DNA of 64,000 nucleotides from Octopus sinensis (taxonomy: Eukaryota), in contig NC_043005.1 in assembly GCF_006345805.1 (NCBI RefSeq), positions 63,984,001-64,048,000 of the forward strand, written 5' to 3'. Both the position numbers and the translations under genes were made by a program. Shown in pieces: positions 12,595 to 25,303 of the stretch. Position 1 is the stretch's first letter, and each line of letters begins with the position of its first letter. Under the pieces are notes generated by a model. That model saw only the letters and a list, made by a program, of their open reading frames with translations, had not been told where the DNA came from and ran no database searches.

Positions 12595-14870
12595 CTTGCT
12601 GACGAAGGTGGCTACGAAGGTGGCTAGATGCATATAAAACCATAAAGGAAAAATTTATTTCTCCCTAATAATGATTGAGGATGCAGAGTAACACCTATAT
12701 TGCAAGAAACAAGAGTCAAAGACGCTCATAATTTATTCAATAAAAAAAAATAACAATCCGTTATATGCAGCAAATGCAGTGTTAGATTAAATTAGCAATT
12801 TATGTATCATGTTCAGTATAAATACTTCGTCAATAGGAAAGTTATAGCAGCATTGATCCGGAGAAAATATCTATGACGGTTCTGTGTTTAAAAACATTGT
12901 GGCGTATAAAGGACTTTTATTCAACCGGGCAGCTAATTGTAGCGCTACTGATTGTTAAATTTTCAATTAACAATGACTGGTGGGAGGTGTATATCTCTAG
13001 CATGAGGGAGCATCAAGTTATATAAGTCCAAGTATATGAAACAAAATACTGTTGTTCTCGCTTGTTCTTGCATCTGGATTTGGGAGTTGATATATTCTTA
13101 AAGAGAAAACTACAAAGTCACTAGCTATAAAGAACAGGTGGCAAAGGCAAATGAAAACGCCTGTCAGTGACAGTTGAGAAGAAACCAGTGTGGTTTTGGA
13201 GGAAAAAGAAACGATAACTGGGACAGAAAAGGAATACAGCAAATCACTAAACATGGTAGGAAGGAAACCCAGTTTGTGCAGTGGTGATTGTTACCAAGCA
13301 CTAAGCATACCCAAAGGTTCCGAGTTCAATCGCGACTAACGGTGGCATTTAGATAACAGCAGGGGGATACTTAGGAGTCACTACCTAGGTGCATCCGGCA
13401 CTCTTAGAGCGCCAGGAACGGGCCCAAATACTTGTGTCATGGGAGTTCTTCTGAAGATTTCCCTCTCTGTTTTCCTTCCACCCATTTAATTTTTGTCTTT
13501 AAAGACGTTGTTTTATTTTACACTGATAGATATGATGCTAAAGATTCACACGCTTATGCTGATTGCTGACTGCATTTTTGAAAAGTATGGGTGGGTCACA
13601 AGATGTGTGTTTCTGTATGCCAGTTTTTTTTTTTTTTTTGCTTTATTTAGATTATAATAATGCGCCTATGTGTTGCTGCCTAAGTTAAGGGAGACATAAA
13701 ACTGTTAGCCATTTTTTATAGACATATTCCCTTTCAAAGCATGTTGTCTTCCTGATTTTCCGTCATATTCTGTCATCTATATCAACATATCTTTTAGCGA
13801 AGTATAGAAACCTACCAAGTGGGAAAATAAGTTGTCTACGGGAAGATATCAACTACGTATGAGTGTATGTATAGAGTAGATATCAACTATGTATAAGTGT
13901 ATCTACGGATAGATATCAACTATGGATAAGTGTATGCATAAAGAGTTTATATTGCATAGAGTATACAAACACTTTAACTTCTCTAGTTAATTTAAGGTGC
14001 AGATCCACATGCAAGTCCATAAATGGATGTCAGATCTAACCTACCCCACATAGCTTCTAGCAAACAATGATTTGTGGCCGAAGTATATGCCTTTGATTAC
14101 TAATCCATATTTTGTAAAAAGTTATTATTACTTCAATCTACATACTACCCAGTAGCAAGTATTGAAAATCCAATTTCTGTTAAATGGATTTCCTATCTGT
14201 CAATTCTCCTTATGCTTCCATTAATAACATTGTATACGATTTTCAATAATATATCAGCCTCAATAAAAATGCCTTTGTGTATGATTTACTTTTCATTACG
14301 TACAATACAATACACAGTGATGTAGTGTTTGAAATCTTCTCAATATTCTTCCTTGATATTCCTGGTAATCATAATTATCAGCAACCCTTCTTTAGAAATT
14401 ATATCTTCTTCCAAGAAATGACCGACTTGAATTCAGTTACTTATTTGCATTAACAATTTCAACCTGCATTACTGAGTCTCACTTTATTTTAATTATTGTT
14501 ATCGTATTCAGTATCAGCCTTACTTGAGATTAAGTTATTTTATTCGAAAGCAAGAAGTTTGATCTCATTTAAGAAGTTTGATCGTAATGAAATATTAAGA
14601 TTTGAAGAATAGTGTGTATGTTAACTTTTTGATCATGGAATTGCAAATGACTGAACTTCTTCGCAATTACTTATTTGAAGACAGCTCTCTACAAGAGGAG
14701 TTAGTCACTTTGTAGTTAGTGATATTTGTGCTGTTGCCGTCCATACTTGGTCAGACACATTGTGTAAGATCGGAGAATCAATTGCTTAGCTGTGATCAAT
14801 GAACTCAACGAACTAATTATGGCCCCAGACAAATTAATGACATCAACTTAATCTTTAGTTTTTTATCAAT

Positions 14871-14907
<37 letters not shown>

Positions 14908-14983
14908 TCACATACGTACACATATGTACATGCATACATGCATATACTCTCTCTCTCTCTCACACACATACATACATGCATAC

Positions 14984-15020
<37 letters not shown>

Positions 15021-15129
15021 TAAGTAGTTGAATGAATTATCCTAGTATGGATAATTCGGTTAACCGATACCTGGGTAGCAAATTCACGTCAGAAAAACAC
15101 GGTGGAAATTTGTGTGTTTTTTAATACAA

Positions 15130-15388
15130 ATAAATGAAAGAATGGAGTTGAACGACGATTTAACAAAATTCCTTTATTCTCGACATATGTTTCGAAGGCT
15201 GCATATTCCTAATTTCGTAGGAATAATGGGTGAATTATGCTGCCTTCTCATTAGGAGAGACAAGGAACTTATGTCAGCATCAAGATGAACAAAAACTCTT
15301 AGATGACTGCCCACTCGGAGTCCATAGCGATAATGTCGAGAATAAAAGAATTTTGTTAATCGTCGTTCAACTCCATTCTTTCATTTAT
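15130..15388. mobile_element. PLE-like pseudo-LTR module with inverted arms between (TA)n tracts
   Basis: Arms ~15130-15186 and ~15333-15388; contains the HHR at 15178-15258. Confidence 0.7.
15178..15258 (-). ncRNA. Type-I hammerhead ribozyme motif with long stem II (G5A-mutated)
   Basis: Minus strand TCTC CTAATGA GAAGGC..GCCTTC GAAA CATATG TC GAGA. Palindromic stem III ACATATGT, GUC site, stem I TCTC/GAGA. Confidence 0.75.
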
Positions 15389-15402
15389 ATATATATATAT
15401 AT

Positions 15403-15466
<64 letters not shown>

Positions 15467-16819
15467 ATATGTATATATCTTTTCAAGATAATTTTCAGTG
15501 ACTAGTAAGAATACATCTTGAATTGCAATTGTCTGTATCGTGTATATAACCTACCATTTCCAGTTGTTTGCCATCTCCTGTGATTATATATGTCCGTAAT
15601 TAAAAACGCACCTGGAATAGGTTTATATTTGAAGACATACATATAAGCACGCATATATGTGTGTGTGCGAGTATATTTATTCTGGGTACACAAGTGGAAG
15701 ATACAGTAGTCAATTCATGTAGAAGAGTGTTTGTATTATTCATTACAAGTTACTGATTTCTTTTTATTATTTCCTGTTTTCTCATATGTGACTCTCTCTT
15801 TCTCTCTATGCATGAATGTATGTATGTATGTATGTACGCATGCATGCATGCATGTATGTATGTATGTATTTGTACATATCTATATATGATACTTTTTAAA
15901 ATCGGATATCTATTGTGCATAATCTTATTAAATAAATCTCCCCGTTCCCTGAATACGAAATAATTCTTTGCCTGGAAACACTTTTACTGCTTATTCCATT
16001 TAAGTATGATTGGAATATATTTAGACTTGTATCGGAATGGTAGTATTGGAGACTAATCCACCATAACTTCTGTTCGTTGGCACGTCGAATAGGCACTATT
16101 CTCTTTTTATTTGGTGAAAGAGTTTATCGCCACACCGTACACTTGAGTCTAACCACTCCTTGACCTGCAGTCTATTGTTTATAACCAACAAGTAAAAAAC
16201 TCTAGAACTCATATATTTTGAATAACATGTCTAAATATTGAAATATTTCAGCTTAAATTATAAATATTTCCAAACTTTGTATAATTGTTTTAAAGCTAAA
16301 ATGAGAATAAAATTAATCAGTTAAATAATGGAAACATACAAAATTAATTAGCAATTATTAAGAAATTAATTAAAAAATCATACAAAATTAATGAAATACT
16401 GAAATTCTACTGTTATTTTCAAAACAATAAACATGTTGGAAGTTTATTGAGGTCCACGAAATCTGTAATTTCTTTTAAAGTTATATATTTCTGAAACGTT
16501 TACTTCGAGGTGTATAGTAAACATACATTGTACTAAAGATACTGTTTTATAACAGAACACTATATTTTGCTAGACATTTGCCATACATGATGCTATCCAC
16601 ATTTGCATACACTCGAAGCGTCTTCAACCAGTAAAGATGTTATCTATTGATTTATATCTTTACGTCAATAAGTAAAACGGTTTTAAGAATGCAACAAATC
16701 GATGACATACTTGGTAAAATTATTTTTATGGTGCGACTGCGTTGGTACATCTTTAAAGAATTTTAATGTCTTATATAGTTGATATTACATCACAATATAT
16801 ATATGTATGTATATATATA

Positions 16820-16866
<47 letters not shown>

Positions 16867-16993
16867 ATATATATATAATATATAATATATATATATATAT
16901 ATGTATATATATATTGATAAAATGGTTTAAGGCAACAAAAGAATGAAAGAGACCTCGATATTATGTAAATAGAGGAATTTCTTCCGATGGCCG

Positions 16994-17054
16994 GATAACT
17001 GAAGAGATAGCGGCGTGGATTTCCACCTCGGCGTCCGAAACTCGGAGTTTTATC
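16994..17054 (+). ncRNA. Type-I hammerhead ribozyme motif, canonical core
   Basis: GATAA CTGAAGA G..GTGG attt CCAC..C GAAA CTC g GAG T T TTATC. 5-bp stem I, intact CUGANGA/GAAA, GUU site; module flanked by (TA)n. Confidence 0.8.
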
Positions 17055-17185
17055 ATGGCTACCGAATAATTGTCATATATTACATTTACAGATATATATA
17101 TATAGGTTAATCCTTCTACATTTTTTCGCTCCGCGTTTTTTCTTTTTCTGTTTTCGTTCTGTCTCCATTCTTCGCCTCTCAATAC

Positions 17186-17222
17186 TTTCAGCCGAAGAGC
17201 GTAGACTCGAAACTTCATAGAC
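17186..17222 (+). ncRNA. Degenerate minimal hammerhead motif
   Basis: ttt cagccga A GAG cgtaga CTC GAAA cttcatagac; related to 5015-5052. Confidence 0.4.
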
Positions 17223-17474
17223 TTTTCCATTCTTCCCCAAAGTCAAAATAATATACCTGCTTGTTAGAAAGAACATCTTAGTACCGGTTTTATCCTTTGT
17301 GACTTTTTCAAAGCAAGAAAAGTAAAGCATGAAAGACAATTAAATTGTGAAAAATTAAATAAAATGTTTTTTCAATATATTTACATAGTTTTCAAATGCA
17401 AAGGGCATTTTCCCTTTTTCTCTCTGTCTCTATATCTCGCTTTTACTCGTGTGAGATCTTGGTAGCAGATAGCA

Positions 17475-17475
17475 G

Positions 17476-17524
<49 letters not shown>

Positions 17525-17622
17525 AAGAAGAAGAAGAGAAGAAGAAGAAGAGAAGAAGAAGAAGAAGAAGAAGAAGAAGAAGAAGAAGAAGAAGAAGAAG
17601 AAGAAGAAGAAGAAGAAGAAGA
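17475..17622. repeat. (TAG)n(AAG)n microsatellite
   Basis: Direct reading. Confidence 0.95.
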
Positions 17623-18262
17623 GGGATCATGAAAAGGAAAGAAAGAATAATATATATATATATATAATGGTAAGATCCAAGAATCAAGGTGTAGACACAC
17701 AGACATACACATACACATGTATATATAATATTTATATATATATATGAATTTGTAGCGCAATATATGGATTCATAGAATCATGTGGCGGTCGAACTAAGCT
17801 CCTCTAGTAGACCTGGCTACCATCCTACATAGTATTCTAGTACAAAGGAGTGTACTGTAGAGTTCTATGCAACTTTCATGCTGCAATAGTACCTTCTGTT
17901 CATATTAAAGTATTTTACATGGCTGCACCAGTATCCATGCTGTACATTGCACAGTACAATTCTACAATTACATATCAATGCAGATACAGAAGGCTAGCTC
18001 TTCAGATCGGCAGAACATCATGGTTACACCAATATTTCAACTCTGAGGCGATGAGGATGATGATGCTGGCAGTAGTCATCGCCGTTGTCAGTCTCTGATG
18101 CTATAAGAATCAGGATTGTGGGAATGCTGAGGTAGAAATCCATTTAAAAAAAAAACAAAACAAAAAAGAAAGAAAAAAGATGGGTACGTTGGTGGATGGG
18201 AGAAATATTAAAAGAAATAAAATGGTGACGATGATGATGCTATCATTATTATTATTATTATT

Positions 18263-18293
<31 letters not shown>

Positions 18294-18779
18294 TATTATT
18301 GTTGTTGTTGTTGTTGTTTTTGTTGATGTTGTTGTTGTTGTTGATGATGATGTTTTTAATGTTGCTATAATTATTTTGATGATGATGATGATGAGGATGA
18401 TTTTAGGTGACAAACAGAGATTTGTTCAGTGTTTCATCTCGGAAAAAAAAACATTTCTTCGCTACCACTTTTACTGCTACTGCTGCTGCGACTCCTGCTG
18501 CTTCTGCTGCATCTTTTCATGTTGTTATCTCACGTCTGTTATTATTTTTTTTTCCTGCCGATCCCTCAGATGTCAGACTTTCTCTCATCGTCACCGCCTT
18601 CCTCTCCTATTTCATCCCTTCAAATGGAACTGGTGCCATGAATTATCTCTTTATGAAATAACACACTATTTCTGATGGAGTGGTGTGGTCGTAGCAAGCT
18701 GGATAGATGCAGGGATGGAGTAAGGACAATGGAGTGTGGACATCGATGTTGTAATTTCTGGGTATTGATGTTGGTAGCT

Positions 18780-19951
18780 ATGATGTTGTTGTTGTTGTTA
18801 TGGTGGTGGTAGTTGTGGTGGTAGAGGTTGTGGTGATAGTGGTGGTGGTGGTGGTGATGGTTATGGTGTTGTTGGTGATGGTTGTGGTGGTGGTGGTAGT
18901 GGTGGTGGTGGTGGTAGTGGTCGTAGTGGAGGTAGTGTTGGTAGTGGTGGTGGTGATGGTTGTGGTGGTAGTGGTGGTAGTGGTGGTGGTTATGATGATT
19001 GTGGTGGTGGTTGTAGTGGTGGTGGTGGTAGTGGTAGTAGTGGTGGTTGTGCTAGAGGTTGTGGTGGTAGTGGTGGTAGTGGTTGTGGTGGTGGTAGTGG
19101 TGGTGGTGGTAGAGGTTGTGGTGGTAGTGGTGGTAGTGGTAGTGGTGGTAGTGGTTGTTGTGGTGGTGATGATTGTGGTGGTTGTGGTGGTAGTGGTGGT
19201 CGTGGTGGTGTTAGTTATGGTGGTGATGCTGTTGGTGTTGGTAGTGTTGGTAGTGGTGGTGGTGATGGTTGTGGTGGTGGTGGTAGTGGTGGCGGTAGTG
19301 GTGGTAGTGGTGGTGGTGGTGGTGGTAGTGTGGTAGTGGTGGTGGTGGGGGTGGGGGTTGTGGTAGTGGTTGTGGTGGTGCTAGTGGTGATGGTGGTAGT
19401 GATGGTTGTAGGGGTGGTAGTGGTGGTGATGATGGTGTGATGGCAGTTGCTGTTACTGCTAGAGATGCTGCTATTGGTGATGCTGCTGCTGGTGATGCAG
19501 CCGCTGGAGATACTGCTGCTGCTGATGATGATGATAATAACGAGGAGGAGGATGACGATGATGATGATTATGATGACGATGATGATGATGACGATGATGG
19601 TGATGACGACGACAATGACATGATGGCGATAGTGATGACGACGACACAGCGACGAAGATGGTGATGACGATGACAACAACACGACGACGATGATGACGAT
19701 GACGACGTCGCGATGACAATGATGATGATCATCATCATCATGAGGAGGAGGAGGGAACAGGGAGGGAGATGACGATAGCTGTGATGATGATGATGATGAC
19801 AGTGACGATGACGACACGACGACGACGATGATGATGATAATGATAATGATGACGATGATGACGATGATGATGGTGATGATGATGATAAGGAGGAGGAGGA
19901 GGAGGAGGAGTAGCAGGAGGATGAGGATGATGATGATGACAATGATGATGA
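18780..19951. repeat. ~1.2-kb cryptic trinucleotide repeat, (GTG/GTA/GTT)n then (GAT/GAC/GAG)n
   Basis: Direct reading; source of the poly-V/S/D/H ORFs. Confidence 0.95.
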
Positions 19952-20284
19952 TTGCGTTAACTGATTTTTCAGTTTTTCCATCGGAGATACAACTGAAGCT
20001 ATAGCCATTTGCGCTCGAATTTGGAATCAGACAGGTGATGCATATTAATTTACTGATAAATAAAAATCTGGAAAAAAAAACAGAGCTATATCAGGAAGTT
20101 AAAGGCATGCCTAATGCATAAGAACGTATACAGATAAGAAGAGTTGTAAATGTGTTTCATTAACAATAAAAAAGAGAAAAATGAAATGAAAAGTTGTTTT
20201 CATTACTTACACACCTCTGTTACGTGTGTTCGTGTGTGTACGTGCACGTGTGTATTCGTGCGTGTTGTGTATATCACTCTATTT

Positions 20285-20342
<58 letters not shown>

Positions 20343-20604
20343 TATATACAATTTCAAAATTAGGATAAAATCTTTATAAGAATTTATCAAGTAGTTAGCG
20401 TGAAAAACCTCATAAGAGAAAAAAAACCATCAAGTTTTCTCTTAAAAATATTTATTTGTATTATATATAGGGCATTACTATACATTAATGCCACACGCTA
20501 GGAGGGATTCTTAAGGTCAAAACTACCAAAATAAATAAACACATAGTATTGAATGCGAGGGAATGTAACTCTCGAAGCGAGCCTTTTAAAAACAGAATTC
20601 AGCT

Positions 20605-20659
20605 GCAAATCACATGATTTCATAATAATTGCAGAAATGCACTTTTTGATCGTCATTGC
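20605..20659 (-). ncRNA. Hammerhead motif (mirror copy, C3A)
   Basis: Minus strand GCA ATGACGA..TGCA tttc TGCA..GAAA TCATGTGA TT TGC. Confidence 0.6.
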
Positions 20660-20934
20660 AAGCATAATTCAAGATTTATAACGAATGAACAAAAATCAAC
20701 ATACCAGCTGAACACCCAATGTAACCAGCATGTCATATAGAAATGTTCAACCTTTATACATCTATTTAAAAGGCGGGCTTTTTCGAATGTTCAACCTTTA
20801 TACATCTATGTAAAAGGCGGCCTTTTACATAGATGTATAAAGGTTTAACATTCCTATATGCTACGCTGGATACATTGGGTGTTCATCTGGTATGTTGATT
20901 TTTGTTCATTCGTTATAAATCTTGAATTATGCTC

Positions 20935-20989
20935 GCACTGACGATGAAAAAGTGCATTTCTGCACTAATTATGAAATCATGTGATTTGC
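20935..20989 (+). ncRNA. Type-I hammerhead ribozyme motif
   Basis: GCA CTGACGA tgaaaa AGTGCA tttc TGCACT aattat GAAA TCATGTGA T T TGC; near-palindromic stem III. Confidence 0.75.
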
Positions 20990-21469
20990 AGCTGAATTCT
21001 GTTTTTAAAAGGCCCGCTTCAAGAGTTGCATTCTCTCGCATTCGATACTATGTATTTATTTATTATGTTGCACAGGAAACAAGAATATAACTGGTAACTT
21101 CAATGTTGATAGAAAATGATAAAGAGTAAAACAAAAAAAAACATTATTTTTAAATTTGAACTCAATACATAAATATATCTTTCATTCGAATTTAAATTTC
21201 ATTTCTTTAGCCCCCCACCCACCCACTCACCAGGTTTCGATGTGAATTTAATTTGTTTAAATAAACGTCACAGTCTGAAATTGGTAATTAAACTAATTAT
21301 GATTTATAAAAATAGGCCGAGAGCAAAACATCGCAAAAGTTACCGATAATTAACTACAATTAATCGATACAACCTTAAGCAGAATATTTTTTTTAGTAAA
21401 AGCTAAAGAACGAAAAACGAACTGGAATCCAGTTTTGTTTCTATCCATAATGTTTCTATCATCAACCTC

Positions 21470-22010
21470 TAACAATAAATATAGGAATAAAGACAGAAAT
21501 TTGGAGGCGGGATTAGTTGATGCCATCGATTTGACTGGTACTTGATACCATCAATCTCAAATGGATGAAAGCTAAAGTTGACCTCGGCAGGATTTAAACT
21601 GTGAACATAAACAGTCAGGGCCAATACCAAAGGCATTTTGTCAGACACACTAACGTCTCTGTTAATTCACCTTCATTAATAATTACTTTTAACAAGACTT
21701 GAAATCTTGAGGTAGAGTGTAGAACGATGAAACTGACCCCAGTATTTGACGATTATTTTATTTTATCGATATCAGAGAAATGGAAGGCAAAAATGCCCTG
21801 TTTGAAATTTGAACTCAGAAAGTTAAGATCCGGAAGAAATATTTCAAGACATTTTGTCTAACACTATAACTATTCTGTCAATCTATCGCTCAAAATAACG
21901 ATAGTTTATGATTTAGGAACAATGACAGAAATTACAAAGGGATAAATCGATAAGGTTCATTTTATCGAACCCAGAGGAACGAAAGGCGAGTTCATAACTC
22001 GGCGAGATAT
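21470..22010 (-). mobile_element. About three degenerate tandem SINE family B units
   Basis: Repeated ggatgaaag..aaagttgacctcggc..atttgaact motifs. Confidence 0.6.
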
Positions 22011-22019
22011 CCCATCTAC

Positions 22020-23500
22020 CCATATGACTTGCTCAATCCACAGCTCAGAGTAGGCTTATGCATTCAGACCGCACTTGCCATTCTCATCTACCTTCCAACT
22101 AATTTACTGGAAAAGCTAATCTGACAAAATGCGACCACACTAGCTTACCGCCATGAAATCGGTGTAGGTGTTGCAGTCTCAGTGCAAGTCTGCGTGTCAT
22201 CAGCAACAGAATGTTCATTCCTCCCCCTCCCAGAGGATATTCATAACAAAAGGGACGCCCAACCAGTGGAAGTCGTCCCTTTCACAAAAAGTGGAAAAGC
22301 AGGGCACAATATTGGTCAGGCGTGAAATGGTGTTAGGTACGATGGTCAGGGGGTAATGTAAGACGGGTACAATGTAAACGTTTACCAATTTTGCGGGTCT
22401 TTTCAGGGATAGTTTTCTTTCGGAAAACTTTTATTGACATTGATTTCCATGCAGGCCACCAAATACCAGTTCTTCTCCAGTTTGAGATCTGAGACAAACC
22501 AGAGCTTGAGCAATTTAACTAGCCCTTCTGTTCGGCATCTCACTACACCTTTCGACACATTCGACCTCACTCTACAGGTGTCGTGGTGTAGGACCACTGA
22601 CTTTGCTTTGTTTGCCCCTGTCCTAGCCTTGTATTCCCTTAGAGCAGTGTTGGTGACTTGTATATACTTGGCGTCACATACTATTATGGAAACGCCGCTT
22701 GTGTATGCTGACATGGTCCACCCCATGTCCTACTTCACGAGGGTCATTCCTTAACGTCATCAGTTTCACTACACACAGAAGAGGCGATAGAGGAATATCT
22801 TCACAAACGAAATGCATAATACTGAAGCGCTACGATAGGTGACCATTCACTTGAAGTACCGAGCAGATGTACACTGTGACGTTCTAATCACGAAGACGAG
22901 ACTGAAATCTCCCATATTACAATGTTAACTTTTACGACTTTCGTCCCCACATACCTTAGAGCACGAACGTTAGCCCTGACGACGCAGCATTCGTGTTTTG
23001 CGTTTGGTCGAGGGCCATCTCACTGCGAACATGTCAATTGCGATGCATTTTCTAAGCACCTCTTAGCATCTAACTAAGTTTCACTCTGTTCTATTTTTTT
23101 CTATTGTGGCGACCTTACTAAACCTAATTGGTTTTACTCTAATGGCCTTTGTTTTTGACGATTGTCCCGCCAACATCCGCTTAACTAATTCGCTAATCTG
23201 TTTTTTTGTAAGCTTGGCAGAAACGTCCGAGCAGTTGGAAACATCTGAGCAAGTTTGCTAGTTATTTGAAACCCCTCTCCTATCAGCTAGTCCCACAAAA
23301 TCGAAGATGGTATTCCAGTCGTCCACAAGTACTAAAGAGCAGGATGGTCCGAGAAAAACTTCCAGACACTTGTAAAGATCGAGCTATTCCGCCCCAGTCA
23401 AGTGATATTCAGCTACTAGTCTAAAGGCACTCTCTCTGCTACTGTTCACACCATCTTATCGTCAGGCTCCAAGAAAATGTACCGTGAGATCCAGACACTT
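22020..23500 (-). mobile_element. Decayed L1/Tx1-clade LINE ORF2 (APE endonuclease and RT)
   Basis: ORF 22403-22726 SAYTSGVSIIV..ALREYKARTGAN..KS..VKLLKLWFVSDLKLEKNW resembles RT domains 5-7. FRLVA and L.DDWN endonuclease-like remnants near 23320-23430. Confidence 0.7.
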
Positions 23501-24169
23501 ATTTGCATCCTATTTCTGATGAAATTTTGTAAATATCTAGGACATGTGATCTACTTTTTATGCGCATGTTCATATCCCTTCGCTACTGGAGATAGATTAC
23601 AGTAATTGTCATGCTGTTGACAACTATTGGCAAAAATACGTGTCTGTCCTCTTATCCCTAAACAATAAGCTTGCTCTATTTTTAATAACTTTGGATAATT
23701 CTTGAGATCATCACCTTATCTTATATAGAACTGCTCTCAATTACTATTTGGTAACAGTAACCTTTCCTGTACTTTTCTGTTGTCAATATACATGCCACTG
23801 GCCACTCTTGGCTCTCATTTTTGTTTCATTTTTGTCTTCCTCTACAGTTGCTATTGGGTTTGTTGCTCTACAATTAAAATTAACAACTATGCGAAATTCT
23901 ATAGTATATCTTCGATTCTGGAAGTTTAATTTTCCAAATTACATTCATTATCTACAATATTACTGTACTAAGGGCTTTGTATAGCATTGGGGAACAGATA
24001 ATGAATCCGGTTTGGGCAAATCCATGCTTTTATAATCTAGAAAATTACAATTTCTTCCTTCATAAACTGTTCAGGCTCTTTCGATTTGTTCGTATTTTTA
24101 CGTATTCAAATACAAGTATACATACCCATGTATGTATGTATGTATATATGTATGCATGTATGTATGTAC

Positions 24170-24209
<40 letters not shown>

Positions 24210-24487
24210 TTGTGTAATATTGTCCGTTTTTTCCGTCCTTGTTTTTGTACACATTCGCTGCTTTCTTCCAAGGAATCTAATGCTCTTAGCTTATTTTTTC
24301 TTTGGGGCTGGCCAGATTGGAGCAATTTCAAGAATAATCAGCCGAAATTGCGAGGATAATCTGATGCTTGACTGAGGAAAGAAAACTTCGAATGACCCGT
24401 CCTTGTTTTCTTTGTATCGTCTAACTTGATGTTTTGTTGTCCCTTTTTACATCACCTAGCTGTCCGGATGTTTTGCGTTCTTGTCCC

Positions 24488-25051
24488 ATTTTTACACGTT
24501 AGACCACTGGAGGTGAAAAACTTTAATTAATTTTCCATTTCCCTTTGATATGTTTAAGTATTATAAGCCTTTGGATAATTTTCTGTTTTAAAAGTTGGCA
24601 TTTTTTATTGCCGGCGAAGGGCTGCGTCTGTGCAGTAGATTTAGAAAAAATAAGGATATATAAACGGGAGGCATATTGTTTGATTGCCTCGTTGTTTATA
24701 TATTTAACCCAAGGTATACTTGTTGAGGACGATTTCACCTCGTGCGCAAATATTATTTGCTTGCGAAGCTAAAATCAGAAACCAATTGGTCTCGGAAACT
24801 TGATAGTAAAATGTTTTTATTTTTCATTTCGTTCCTGTCGAATTTTATCCCTAATTTTTGTGGTTATAGAACCTAGCTGTTCTTTCTAGCGTGCTGAATT
24901 CCATTCCACGAGTGGATTCTTTATGTGTTTAAATGTACACCATATATTATGACTAATTCATAGTCTTTTGGGACTAAATTTTTACACGTTAGGCCACTGG
25001 AAGTGAAAAATGTTAATTAATTTTCCATTTCCCTTTGATATGCTTAAGTAT
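24488..25051 (+). mobile_element. PLE-like module with ~73-bp direct terminal repeats, ending in (TA)/(CATA)n
   Basis: tttttacacgttag..ccactgga..gatatg.ttaagtat occurs at ~24488-24561 and ~24979-25051; HHR-like motif inside. Confidence 0.65.
24719..24795 (+). ncRNA. Degenerate hammerhead motif with long stem II
   Basis: TTGAGGA CGATTT..GCAAAT att ATTTGC..AAAATCA GAAA CCAATTGG TC tcgg. Perfect palindromic stem III ACCAATTGGT, GUC site; stem I weak. Confidence 0.55.
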
Positions 25052-25092
25052 ATATATATATATATACATACATACATACATACATACATACA

Positions 25093-25123
<31 letters not shown>

Positions 25124-25237
25124 CCTTAAATCCTTTAAAATGTTTTAGCCTGAAGGCCGCGGCCATACTGGGGCACGTACATAAATATATATATATATGT
25201 GTGTATGTGTGTGTGTACTTATGTATGTATGTATGTG

Positions 25238-25303
<66 letters not shown>

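Larger units (their letters stand above)
20529..21064. mobile_element. ~535-bp fold-back palindrome (PLE-derived) with a hammerhead on each strand
   Basis: ~20529-20775 is the reverse complement of ~20820-21064; central ~35-bp tandem duplication; 1-nt-loop apex at 20819. Confidence 0.85.

Noticed and set aside
14560-14830. Minus-strand SMDGNSTNI transposase-like motif (similar weak remnants at 1-220, 3560-4500, 10900-11760 and 38940-39470)
   Set aside because: Single short motifs, too decayed to assign without a database search.
18800-20008. Long poly-V/S/H/D ORFs
   Set aside because: Read-through of trinucleotide repeats; no domain or splice evidence.
24370-24402. CTGAGGA-AAG-aaaa-CTTC-GAA hammerhead-like core
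   Set aside because: No GAAA, and stems I and III do not close.
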